A stretch of 64,000 bases of DNA from Acidobacteriota bacterium (GCA_005788175.1 SXYX01000014.1:87277-151276); one strand, 5' to 3'. Counted from the first letter of the stretch, positions 38,668 through 47,646 are shown. Notes: generated by a model not told the origin, from the sequence alone. Translations and numbers: made by a program.

Positions 38668-41394
38668 ATGAGTGCCATTAAGAAATTTTTTATAGTGATG
38701 ATGATTGTGCTTATGAATCACACAATATCAGCGCAAGACGGAACGCAAGATAAACCACTAGGAAGTTTAGGAGAGAGGCGAAGGAATTTACCCGCTCGAG
38801 TGGGTCCCAATGTATTGAAAGGCCATGATTTGGCAGAAGAGAGACAAAAGTGGGCTCTGGAGTGGTTTGGTAATTCGTCTGTAGAGTATCTCGATGCTAT
38901 AAACAAAATTGCTGAAAAAGAAGTTAGTAAATATCGATCTAAAGTTCCCGTACCTGTGTTTTCAGGATCCTCCGCTACCTTAACGTATCCACTTCTAGAG
39001 GGTGCTATCGGTTCTTTCGGCGGAGGGGTGTGGACCAACATCGGGCCTTTCGGTAATTTGATTGATTCCGTCTGGCCGGACCATGACACTGGGCGAGTGA
39101 CTCGTATTACACCTCACCCAAATTGGCCTACGACTCCGACCCTCTATTTGTCCTTCGCGGGAGGGGGAGTTTTCAAATGTACAAATGCAGACCCCACTGC
39201 AGGCGCGACGGGTTGGTCCTGGGTTTCCATCACGGATAGTCTTCCCGCCATTGGTTCTGATGGCAGTCAAGCTGTTGGAGCTTTGGCTATCGATCCCAAT
39301 AATGCGAACACTCTTTACCTAGGATTAGGAGACTTCGTCGATGGCGAGGGACGAGGATTTTATAAATCGATCGATGGCGGCGTAACTTGGTTTGCTGCGA
39401 CTGGTTTGGGATCTGCAACTCGAAGTCATGACATTCTTGTGATGAATGATGGTCGTATTTTTTGGGCAACCAATGATGGTCTCAAGGTAAGTACATCCAA
39501 TACTTCCTCAACCCTAACGTTTGTACCAATCGGATCTACACAGGGAATTACGGGAGTAGTATGGACTATAAAAAAACTCGATGAAAATAGTTTAGTTTGT
39601 AGCGTTGAGGGTTCGGCTGGCACCATTTTTTACTCAACCAATGGGGGCTTCACTTGGTCTTCATCTTCGATTCAAGGTGTTACAGGTTCAATATATCGAA
39701 TTACTTTAGCGGCGATGGCCTCAAAAGTAGTTGGAATTTTTGAGACAGGAGGTTCAATTTCAAGAGGGCTACTCGTTAGTACTAACGGGGGATCAAGCTT
39801 TACCTATCAAGCCCAAACTGGTTCAGGCGCTACGGGTCTCTTTCACAACAGTGGGGGGAATGGTGACGGAGGTCAAGATTGGTACAACCAACTCCTAGCG
39901 ATTGATCCAAATAATGGAAACAATATATTTGTGGCTGCTAATTTAGCTTCCTATCGTAGTCAAGACGGAGGGTTGACCTGGCAGCAGATGTCTCATTGGT
40001 ATGGGGGAGGGAAAGTCTACATGCATGCCGACCACCATACGGCGGCCTGGTCATCTAATGGACAGATTTTACTGATTGGAACTGATGGAGGGCTTGCAAT
40101 TTTACGTGACCCTTTTCGGGCAGTTGTACCCTCTGCAGCGGGAACGACGAGCGTTCCTGCCGACGTCACCTTTATAGACCATCGTCGCAATTTCGGTCTG
40201 TCTACCCATCAAATTTATAATTTAGGGTCGACCAATGCTACTACTCCCTCGGATTCCAAGTACCGAGTGATCATCGGCCTTCAAGATAACGGAACCCGGG
40301 TGAGACAAGCGGTGGCTAATACCGGATTAATTGGCACCACGGGACCTCTACAAAACAGTGGAATATTCGAAGATACGATCGGTGGAGATGGGTTTTCCTC
40401 AGTGATCCATCCGGAGAATGGAAACCTTATGCTCGGGTCTCTTTATTACACACGCATATTTAAGAGCGTAAATGGAGGAACGTCAAGCTTCTCGTCGTCC
40501 GGTACAGGAATCGTAGGAGCAGGATCAAGTACAACATCACCTTTTTACCCTAAAATGCATTTAGGTAATTCTATTGCCCCTGATTCCGTATACACCCAAA
40601 CCAATTATGTTCTTTATAAAAGTGGAAATTTTGGTTCGAATTGGTCTGCGTTACCTATGACAGGGTATCCCACGAATAGTGCTATTCGTAACTTTCATAC
40701 CTCGGAAGTTAATCAGGCCCTGCATGTCATCGTAGGAGGTAATGGTACTTTTTACAAAGCTCGAATTCCAGAATTAAACAATGATGCCTTTGTCGATGCG
40801 CTAGATTTACTTGTTGTAGCGAAACATCATGGGTCATCGACCGCAACGGCTAGAAAATGGGCTGATGTCAATGGTGATGGAAGCGTTGGAGATTCAGATA
40901 TTACCGCTACGATTGGGGTTCTTGATGGGGCGGCGAACAATGTCGCCACCTGGACTCAATTAGGTGGAACAGCCAATCCGGCCGTAAATAACTCATGGGT
41001 ATGGATAGACACCACAAATGAGCAAAACATGTATATTGGGTCAGCCACGAGAAATTTGAGTAGTTCGTCGCTTCAGTCAAAATTATATAAATCTACCAAC
41101 GGGGGTACTACATGGTCTGCTATCGGCGATGCCTCGAGTGGACTTCCCTTTGGAGTACCCGTTCATGTAATCAAGAATATTCCTGGAGACGGCTCAAAGT
41201 TATTCTGTGGAACTGATTTTGGTATTTACTATTCAGAAGACTCTGGAAATACCTGGGTTCGCTATGGCGCTGGTCTACCCTTAGTGTCCGTTCGAGATAT
41301 TTATATTGCCCCGGATAAGTCCTTCATTCGAATTGCTACTTACGGAAGAGGTGTGTGGGAAATCAATAATCCCACTTACACTGCTTCTGAATAA
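38668..41394 (+). CDS. secreted Asp-box (BNR/sortilin-VPS10-like) double beta-propeller protein with an inserted dockerin-like module
   Basis: A signal peptide and at least 8 Asp-box-like repeats (SIDGGVTW, STNGGFTW, STNGGSSF, SQDGGLTW, SVNGGTSS, SGNFGSNW, STNGGTTW, SEDSGNTW). Confidence 0.8.
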   Translation: MSAIKKFFIVMMIVLMNHTISAQDGTQDKPLGSLGERRRNLPARVGPNVLKGHDLAEERQKWALEWFGNSSVEYLDAINKIAEKEVSKYRSKVPVPVFSGSSATLTYPLLEGAIGSFGGGVWTNIGPFGNLIDSVWPDHDTGRVTRITPHPNWPTTPTLYLSFAGGGVFKCTNADPTAGATGWSWVSITDSLPAIGSDGSQAVGALAIDPNNANTLYLGLGDFVDGEGRGFYKSIDGGVTWFAATGLGSATRSHDILVMNDGRIFWATNDGLKVSTSNTSSTLTFVPIGSTQGITGVVWTIKKLDENSLVCSVEGSAGTIFYSTNGGFTWSSSSIQGVTGSIYRITLAAMASKVVGIFETGGSISRGLLVSTNGGSSFTYQAQTGSGATGLFHNSGGNGDGGQDWYNQLLAIDPNNGNNIFVAANLASYRSQDGGLTWQQMSHWYGGGKVYMHADHHTAAWSSNGQILLIGTDGGLAILRDPFRAVVPSAAGTTSVPADVTFIDHRRNFGLSTHQIYNLGSTNATTPSDSKYRVIIGLQDNGTRVRQAVANTGLIGTTGPLQNSGIFEDTIGGDGFSSVIHPENGNLMLGSLYYTRIFKSVNGGTSSFSSSGTGIVGAGSSTTSPFYPKMHLGNSIAPDSVYTQTNYVLYKSGNFGSNWSALPMTGYPTNSAIRNFHTSEVNQALHVIVGGNGTFYKARIPELNNDAFVDALDLLVVAKHHGSSTATARKWADVNGDGSVGDSDITATIGVLDGAANNVATWTQLGGTANPAVNNSWVWIDTTNEQNMYIGSATRNLSSSSLQSKLYKSTNGGTTWSAIGDASSGLPFGVPVHVIKNIPGDGSKLFCGTDFGIYYSEDSGNTWVRYGAGLPLVSVRDIYIAPDKSFIRIATYGRGVWEINNPTYTASE
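40771..40929 (+). other. dockerin-like duplicated Ca-binding segment (protein domain, aa 702-754)
   Basis: ELNNDAFVDALDLLVVAKHHG is followed by a linker and ADVNGDGSVGDSDITATIGVLDG. This is a two-segment DxNxDGxxxxxD-plus-helix pattern like type I dockerins. Confidence 0.6.
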
Positions 41395-41408
41395 ACTTGA
41401 GGATCATT

Positions 41409-42236
41409 ATGAAACAATTGCGTCATCGTTTTGGTTTTGGAATTTTAGGAATTTTGACTACTCTTATCATCGCTTGCGGAGGCGGTGGCGGTGGCGGTGG
41501 ATCCTCACAACCACCAACGCCTGCGCCCATAGCTACGTCACTTACGGCAGGTGCAGCCACAATCTCCCCGGGAACGAGCACCACCCTCACGGCCATTTTT
41601 AGTAACGGAACCGGCCTTATAACGCCAGGAAACACGCCGGTGCTTTCGGGGGTAGCTATTTCTGTTACACCGATGGCCACCACGACTTATACCCTCACCG
41701 TCACCAACAGCGTTGGTCTCACGGCAACAGCGACCGCCACTATCACGGTGGGTAGTACAACTAAAACTCTTAGCTATGTTGATCCAACCAGCGGTACATA
41801 TCGTTGGATAAAAAATTCATCGCTGAGTACTAGTAACTTAATAGTTTTTGATCTTGTCACCACAGATTCTCAGCTTGTTTCAGGGATTGCATTCACCATG
41901 AACACAGATTTCTCAAAGGCAGTTTTTAGTAAAGTAAATAGTTCAGATAATATGTATGTCCAAAATGGAACAGTATTCAATATAGGATCTTCTATTCCTA
42001 TTTTTTATTCCAATCAAGCGTCGAGCACTCTCACAGCAGTAGTAGCACAAAAGGGATCTTCGGGGATTCCCATAAATGGTTCATCGGCCGTCCTAGCAAG
42101 AATCGCTCTGGTCGCAAATCAAACGGGCACGGTGGGCACTGTTAATTTGACCCCCATCCGGGCTCAAATTAATGTTCAAGGCATCCCTAATCCAGTGAAT
42201 ATTACGATAACGGCTGGAACGTTAACGCTCAATTAG
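41409..42236 (+). CDS. lipoprotein: poly-Gly/Pro linker, Ig-like domain, and a C-terminal cohesin-like beta-sandwich (tentative)
   Basis: The ATG at 41409 is preceded by GAGGA. Lipobox LIIAC is followed by G8SSQPPTPAP. The C-terminal LIVFDLVTTDSQLVSGIAFTMNTD...AVLARIALVANQTGTVGTVNL pattern is cohesin-like. Confidence 0.6.
   Translation: MKQLRHRFGFGILGILTTLIIACGGGGGGGGSSQPPTPAPIATSLTAGAATISPGTSTTLTAIFSNGTGLITPGNTPVLSGVAISVTPMATTTYTLTVTNSVGLTATATATITVGSTTKTLSYVDPTSGTYRWIKNSSLSTSNLIVFDLVTTDSQLVSGIAFTMNTDFSKAVFSKVNSSDNMYVQNGTVFNIGSSIPIFYSNQASSTLTAVVAQKGSSGIPINGSSAVLARIALVANQTGTVGTVNLTPIRAQINVQGIPNPVNITITAGTLTLN
41478..41501 (+). repeat. (GGC GGT)n simple-sequence tract encoding Gly8
   Basis: gga ggc ggt ggc ggt ggc ggt gga lies immediately after the lipobox Cys codon. 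Confidence 0.8.
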
Positions 42237-42389
42237 TCTAAGTCTAAGCCTAAGCATATCGATGCCGAAAAAGAGGGTTGTAAACTCTCTTTTTCTTACC
42301 TGTGGGTCGTGGGGCTATATACCAGTTTTTTATATTTTTTTTGACATTCCAATGAGACACTATAGGGTGATTCTTTGGGTACTATTTCC

Positions 42390-44315
42390 ATGAGTGAAGC
42401 ATCGATTCATTTTCAATTACTCTCGTATTGTACAGAAGAAGAATTGGAATTAATTTGTAAAAGGCGACGTATAACTATTCCTATACGATGGAAGGATAGA
42501 CCTGATGGATTAAGATCTTTGATCAAGAGTATGATCTATCGTCTTGAGGATCATCGTCACTTATCCGATGTTCTAGCATCACTTCAAGAGCCTGAGTTGA
42601 TCGCCTTGAAGCACCTTGCCGAGGGAAAACAGCCCTCTATCACAGCTATTCCAAGTTTATTTTCCCTAGGGTTGATTCTGCCTATTGAGACTCACACAAG
42701 AGACCTATGGACCCTATCCGAGCGTGTACGCGCTGCTTTAGATGATTTTGATGACTTAGCTTTGTCTTTACAGGCTCCAGCGGGTACCCTCCTGCGCCAG
42801 AGTGGATCCTTCCGTTTTTCCTTGGCTCTTGTCGTGATCTTATTACGATGTGTTCATGGAGTCAGGGTTCTCAAAGCCGGATTACCTGCCAAAAAAGAAT
42901 TGGATCACATCACTCGAAACAATACTTTTTTTTCTCCGAGCGCCCTAGGCGAAGAAGATGCGTCTCTCCTTTTTACTTTACTGCATCGACTTGGCTTACT
43001 ATGGCAACGTGAAGGGAGGGTTGAAACCCTAATACCTGCGGTCTTATCTCATCCCCCAAGGTGGATTGCCGAACGCACATTTGCTTATTTGATCGAGCAT
43101 GATTTAGATGCCTGGCAAATGCCAACTTGTGAAGATCGCCTTTTTTTTCTCCGGCATCTTTTAGATCGACCTAAGCAAATTCTCAAAATTGATCCCTTTT
43201 TAGATTTTTTAGGAACTCTTAGGCAGTTCGATGCTCAAAGTATTAAGCTTAGATTCCTGCCCTTCCTACACCGTATTGGTTTATTGGATATGGATTCGAG
43301 TGACAATTACTTTGCCCTTTCTGAACATGGTCTAGCTCTAACTGAGGAGTATATCCATAGAAATCCCGCTTCTACCCGAGCCCATTGGGCTATGTTTGAA
43401 TCCTCTCAAGATCTAGTGATTCAGCCAAATTTTGAAATCCTGACACCACTCCTTCAAAATCCGCATCGGCTTCTTCGGTTGGCCGAAATCTCGTCATTAG
43501 AATCCGTGGATACATTGGCAAACTTTAAACTTTCACATGACTCAATAATAAAAGCCGTTGATTTAGGTGTCACGATAAGTGAAATACGCGATACGCTAGG
43601 CTTGAAAATTCCAACAACGGTCAATGATTTATTGAACGATCTAGATCGTCGAATCGGCGAAGTAGAAATTAAGCAAAATATACGTCTTATTGAAACCAAG
43701 ACACCAGAGCTTGCAAATGAGATTATGGTACGGCCAGAGTTTATTCCTCTTGGTCTCAAACAAATTGGAGCCAACCTTATTGAGGTCCATGGTGAAGGGA
43801 ATATTAATAGTTTTCTCAAAGAGGCGGGTTATCTTCCTAAACCCTCGCGCTTTCTCCCTTTGAGTATTGACGCACAAGAAGATCTTTATCTTTGGTCACT
43901 TGCGGGCCTTGCTTTTATTGACGAGAAAGGCCTCAATCATCATTTAGATCCAATCCGCCAAATGATTCGTCAATCCCTCCAGCAGATTCGAGAAGAAAAC
44001 CCTGCCTTATTTCAGCAAATCCAACGTCGAATCCCTATGCTTCATCTATCAGGAGACCAACAACCCGTCGAAGAAACTCGGGGTATTTTGGACTATGCAA
44101 CCATGCATAATTTAGCTGTCGAAATAACCTATTTGCCTCCCGCTGCCCACCGAACCCAATTTCGAAAACTCAGCCCCAAGTCAATCGAAGAAGATACTTT
44201 GGTAGCATTTTGCCATTTACATCAAGAGGATATGGTTTTTAGACTTAAGCGCATTCACGGGGTCCGTCTTCTGAACGAAAAAGGATGGAATCGCGATACG
44301 CCTCAGGTCGGTTAA
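42390..44315 (+). CDS. XPB-N-terminal-domain (Helicase_C_3-like) protein with a C-terminal WYL-like domain and no helicase core
   Basis: The ATG at 42390 is in frame with the tracked TTG at 42375. Residues from about 341 to 487 parallel the N-terminal domain of the XPB gene in this window. The C-terminus reads LAVEITYLPP..RTQFRKLSPKSI..LVAFCHLHQEDMVFRLKRIHGVRLL. Confidence 0.6.
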   Translation: MSEASIHFQLLSYCTEEELELICKRRRITIPIRWKDRPDGLRSLIKSMIYRLEDHRHLSDVLASLQEPELIALKHLAEGKQPSITAIPSLFSLGLILPIETHTRDLWTLSERVRAALDDFDDLALSLQAPAGTLLRQSGSFRFSLALVVILLRCVHGVRVLKAGLPAKKELDHITRNNTFFSPSALGEEDASLLFTLLHRLGLLWQREGRVETLIPAVLSHPPRWIAERTFAYLIEHDLDAWQMPTCEDRLFFLRHLLDRPKQILKIDPFLDFLGTLRQFDAQSIKLRFLPFLHRIGLLDMDSSDNYFALSEHGLALTEEYIHRNPASTRAHWAMFESSQDLVIQPNFEILTPLLQNPHRLLRLAEISSLESVDTLANFKLSHDSIIKAVDLGVTISEIRDTLGLKIPTTVNDLLNDLDRRIGEVEIKQNIRLIETKTPELANEIMVRPEFIPLGLKQIGANLIEVHGEGNINSFLKEAGYLPKPSRFLPLSIDAQEDLYLWSLAGLAFIDEKGLNHHLDPIRQMIRQSLQQIREENPALFQQIQRRIPMLHLSGDQQPVEETRGILDYATMHNLAVEITYLPPAAHRTQFRKLSPKSIEEDTLVAFCHLHQEDMVFRLKRIHGVRLLNEKGWNRDTPQVG

Positions 44316-44809
44316 TTACTTTTGTTTCTAACTTTTAATACATCAAGTTCATTGACTGATTTTTTTCTATCAGGTAGTGGCAGTACAGGATACTGTTTGT
44401 AATCTTTAGCTAGTTGTAATTGTGCATCCTGAATGGCTTTTTGAAGATTTTGATTAGTATCTACAAGACGTTGCTGTTCCAGTCTATTCAGTTCAATTTG
44501 TTGGGCTAGGGCTTTTGCTTTTTGATTCTGTGAGATACCCCATATCGCTGTGGCAAAAATGATAGGAATCGAAGCGGCGGCGAGAATCCAGCTTAGGCTA
44601 GAGCGATGTCGAAGCGTACGACGGCGGCGAAGAGCTTCGAGATAAAGACTTTGCGCGAGCTCTTCATGATGATGAGATTCGGCTGTTATGTCTTCATCAG
44701 GTTGTGTTTTCAAGCCAAGCATTTGACTTATATCTGATCGTAGTTGGACGTCATCGATTGATTCAATCCTTTGAGAAGTTTTCTTCAAACGAGACTTAAA
44801 CCATGACAT
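44312..44809 (-). CDS. putative anti-sigma factor (single-pass membrane protein with an extracytoplasmic coiled coil)
   Basis: It overlaps the upstream ECF sigma gene by 14 nt. It has one TM (SWILAAASIPIIFATAIWGI) and no HxxxCxxC motif. Confidence 0.5.
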   Translation of the reverse strand: MSWFKSRLKKTSQRIESIDDVQLRSDISQMLGLKTQPDEDITAESHHHEELAQSLYLEALRRRRTLRHRSSLSWILAAASIPIIFATAIWGISQNQKAKALAQQIELNRLEQQRLVDTNQNLQKAIQDAQLQLAKDYKQYPVLPLPDRKKSVNELDVLKVRNKSN

Positions 44810-45299
44810 GGTGACCTCCTGGATTGAGCTGATCTCTGAGTTGTGCTTTTGCTCGATGAATGCGAGTCTTCACTGTTGCTTCTGGAATTTCTAGAATATG
44901 TGCAATTTCACGAATTGAAAGTCCGTCGACTACAAATAGCCAAATGGCTTCCCTAAAAGTAGGAGGAAGTTTCTGTATCTCTTTTCGTATTTCAGATGTA
45001 AGTAATGCATCATAGGCATCGCCTTCCTTGCCCTGATCAACAACAAATTCAAGGGAAATATTCTGATTTTTGAGAGGACGCCTTTCGGTTAACGCAAGTG
45101 TCCGTGTTGTTCCATATAAAAAAGCGATAGGATGATCAATTTTATCTTCTCGCTGCATGAGAATAACAAATGCTTCTTGGGTAATGTCCTCTGGATAGAT
45201 AGCTCCAAACCGGCGCGCATAGCTCACTAGTTTTGGATAATATTCTGAAAAAGCAGCGTAAAACGCTTCGCCAGTTCCAAAGGGGCTAAAGTCACTCAT
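44796..45299 (-). CDS. ECF-type RNA polymerase sigma-70 family factor
   Basis: Region 2 (DITQEAFVILM) and region 4 HTH (LPPTFREAIWLFVVDGLSIREIAHILEIPEATVKTRIHRAKAQLR). Confidence 0.85.
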   Translation of the reverse strand: MSDFSPFGTGEAFYAAFSEYYPKLVSYARRFGAIYPEDITQEAFVILMQREDKIDHPIAFLYGTTRTLALTERRPLKNQNISLEFVVDQGKEGDAYDALLTSEIRKEIQKLPPTFREAIWLFVVDGLSIREIAHILEIPEATVKTRIHRAKAQLRDQLNPGGHHVMV

Positions 45300-45334
45300 G
45301 TGGAATTTCCTGAGAATATGCCTATTATGACTTG

Positions 45335-45360
45335 TATGACCTGAAATCGATGAAAGTTCC
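45335..45360 (-). promoter_or_regulatory. candidate autoregulated ECF-type promoter
   Basis: On the minus strand, GGAACTT (45354-45360) is followed by TCATA (45335-39), 16 nt after the GGAAC core and about 36 nt upstream of the sigma-factor ATG. Confidence 0.3.
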
Positions 45361-45374
45361 TTAAACTTAGCTAT

Positions 45375-46142
45375 ATGACTAAGGAAATCGAAGACTGGAA
45401 GGCTACTTTACGTGATCTTGGGGTAACCTCCTTGATTCGGCCCGAAAATCAACATATCCCGTCTAAAGAGAGTCACTCGGTGAGTCCCAAAAAAATTAAG
45501 AAATCAGAGCATGTTGATTCGCTTCCATATGAGCAACCGACAGATCCTGCTCGGAATCCGCCCATAGAAATTATTAGTGCATGTACAAATTTACAACAGT
45601 TATCCGAGGCGATAAGCGGTTGTCAAAAATGTGTACTAGGGACCACGCGTAACCAGCTAGTTTTTGGAGAAGGTAATCCTGACGCTGAAATGATGTTTAT
45701 AGGAGAGGGACCGGGAAGAGATGAAGATCTTCATGGAAGACCTTTCGTTGGCCGTGCAGGTGATCTTTTGGAAAAAATGATAATTGCAATTGGACTCAAG
45801 CGATCTGAGGTCTATATTGCGAATATTGTTAAATGTCGTCCTCCTGATAATCGGATTCCAATGCCTGAAGAAGTTCGCTCTTGTTTAGGTTACTTACATA
45901 AACAGATCGAATTGATTCAACCCAAGGTAATCATCACTCTTGGCGCTACACCCCTTAGAGAACTCTTGGGAATTACTGAAGGCATCACGAAAATTAGGGG
46001 TACAGTCCAGTCCTATAAGTCGATCCCTGTAATTCCCACTTTTCACCCTGCCTACGTGCTGAGAATGTACACACCCGAAGTCAGGAAAGCCGTATGGGAT
46101 GATCTTAAATTTGCTAAGTCTAAAATTGAAATCCCTAATTAA
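45375..46142 (+). CDS. family-4 uracil-DNA glycosylase with a roughly 70-aa N-terminal extension
   Basis: CQKC...FGEGNPDAEMMFIGEGPGRDEDLHGRPFVGRAGDLL...NIVKCRPP...HPAYVLR. Confidence 0.85.
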   Translation: MTKEIEDWKATLRDLGVTSLIRPENQHIPSKESHSVSPKKIKKSEHVDSLPYEQPTDPARNPPIEIISACTNLQQLSEAISGCQKCVLGTTRNQLVFGEGNPDAEMMFIGEGPGRDEDLHGRPFVGRAGDLLEKMIIAIGLKRSEVYIANIVKCRPPDNRIPMPEEVRSCLGYLHKQIELIQPKVIITLGATPLRELLGITEGITKIRGTVQSYKSIPVIPTFHPAYVLRMYTPEVRKAVWDDLKFAKSKIEIPN

Positions 46143-46145
46143 AGA

Positions 46146-46466
46146 TTAATGGGACTTGGGTCTTTTAGTTTGCATAGGCGTCGTTTCTGGAAGAAAATCC
46201 AATTCACTATGCACTTTTCTTTTTTCTATGATTTCTATAAAAGACCATTGTTCTTTGACGGTAATTTTAAAAGTTGGAAAAGCAAGGACGCGTACTTGAT
46301 ACTGATCATTAAATAAGGTGAACTCGATGACCTCTCCTCCGGAAAGATTATAGAGGCCGCGTCGAGGAACTCCATTCACGCGTATGGAACCTTCCTCGCA
46401 TAAATAATTAATAATGTCTTTTCGTAGAATGAGGGCAGTATTCCGTAGAAAAGTATCAAGACGCAT
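46146..46466 (-). CDS. S4-domain RNA-binding protein
   Basis: MRLDTFLRNTALILRKDIINYLCEEGSIRVNG follows the S4 pattern. Confidence 0.5.
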   Translation of the reverse strand: MRLDTFLRNTALILRKDIINYLCEEGSIRVNGVPRRGLYNLSGGEVIEFTLFNDQYQVRVLAFPTFKITVKEQWSFIEIIEKRKVHSELDFLPETTPMQTKRPKSH

Positions 46467-46500
46467 GCAGTAATCCTAGACTGAATTTAACCGAAAAGGG

Positions 46501-47646
46501 TTAGCCTTTTATTAATTGTTCCTTAGAAATCATATAGCGAATATTAGCCCGGGTACGTAGGTCATTCATAAATTGTTCAATAGCAGATTCAGCTTTAGGC
46601 TCTTGAACTTTGGTCATGAGTTTATCTTTCACCTCTGAAAAAGACTGATAAGGCGAGGCCTCTCGGTCTATTAATTGAACAAAATAATAGTCACGGGCTG
46701 TTTCAACCACAGGCGACACATCTCCTTGATTGAGAGCTAGGGCCGCTTCCTCAATGGAAGGACGGAGCATACCTTTATTAAACCAGCCGGCATCTCCCCC
46801 AAGATCTTTAGTCGGAGCAGTGGAATAGATACGGACCAAGGACTCAAAATTCTTTTTTTCTTCAATTTGCTTCCTAATTTCCAGTAAAATTTTTTCAGTT
46901 TTAGTTTTTTCTTCCGCAGTAACACCTTTCGGGATAACTAATTCTCTTATACGAAATCTTTCGGGTAACCGATATTCATCTTTGTTTTTTTCATAATAGG
47001 CACGTACTTCATTTTCAGTAACAGCTATCTTGGAGTAAACCTCTCTCCCGAGAACCTGTTGTTCCAATATGAGGCGTTTTTGATTTTTCCTAAACTCAGT
47101 TAATCCGATGCCCATATTGGCCTTTAAAACTCTTTCAAATTCCTCATCAGAATCAAATTTATTTTCTTTTTTGATCTGCTCGATACTAGAGTTTATATAG
47201 TCATCAGGAATTGAAAGATTCATCTCGCTAGCTTTATCTTCTATGAGAAAAGAATCAATGAGTCCTTGTAGGGTTTTCGCTCGAGCTTCAGATAGCTTTT
47301 CATCAAGTGCTTTCCCCGAAAATTGTCGATATAAAGAAGCATTTTGTTGTTCAAAGGCTTGCTGAAATGATTTACGAGTGATGATGTGGTCATTGACAGC
47401 AACTAAGATTTCCTCTTGAACAACTAGATTGCTTTTACTCATAGTGGGTTCTTGAGGAGTAGTGAGGGTTTTTTCTTTCTCCTGTTGGACGATCTTCTTT
47501 TCTTTTTCAATGGTTGCATTTTTAGTTAGAAATGTAGCAAGCAAAGTGTTCGCATTAGAATTTTTACTTTTTTTCAGGGAAGAGCTTATGGGATTACTAC
47601 AGCCGATGGTGATTAGGACAAGTATTGAAATTAAAAGGGCGATCAC
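46501..47646 (-). CDS. SurA/PpiD-like parvulin peptidyl-prolyl isomerase (lipoprotein)
   Basis: Lipobox ITIGCS, a SurA-N-like chaperone region and a PpiC domain (GGDAGWFNKGMLRPSIEEAALAL..GDVSPVVE..YYFVQLIDRE). Confidence 0.8.
   Translation of the reverse strand: MIALLISILVLITIGCSNPISSSLKKSKNSNANTLLATFLTKNATIEKEKKIVQQEKEKTLTTPQEPTMSKSNLVVQEEILVAVNDHIITRKSFQQAFEQQNASLYRQFSGKALDEKLSEARAKTLQGLIDSFLIEDKASEMNLSIPDDYINSSIEQIKKENKFDSDEEFERVLKANMGIGLTEFRKNQKRLILEQQVLGREVYSKIAVTENEVRAYYEKNKDEYRLPERFRIRELVIPKGVTAEEKTKTEKILLEIRKQIEEKKNFESLVRIYSTAPTKDLGGDAGWFNKGMLRPSIEEAALALNQGDVSPVVETARDYYFVQLIDREASPYQSFSEVKDKLMTKVQEPKAESAIEQFMNDLRTRANIRYMISKEQLIKG

Noticed and set aside
41478-41501. GGC/GGT repeats and other short tandem motifs (TCTAAGTCTAAGCCTAAG at 42237-42254) were considered as possible CRISPR-like or phase-variation arrays.
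   Set aside because: There are only 3 short units, with no spacer-repeat architecture. The first simply encodes a Gly8 linker. Phase variation cannot be inferred from a single sequence.
42264-42296. AAAAAGAG-N11-CTCTTTTT after the lipoprotein gene was considered as a possible terminator separating it from the XPB-partner gene.
   Set aside because: The stem is entirely A/T-rich with a large loop and is too weak to call. Whether the partner gene belongs to the same operon therefore remains open.
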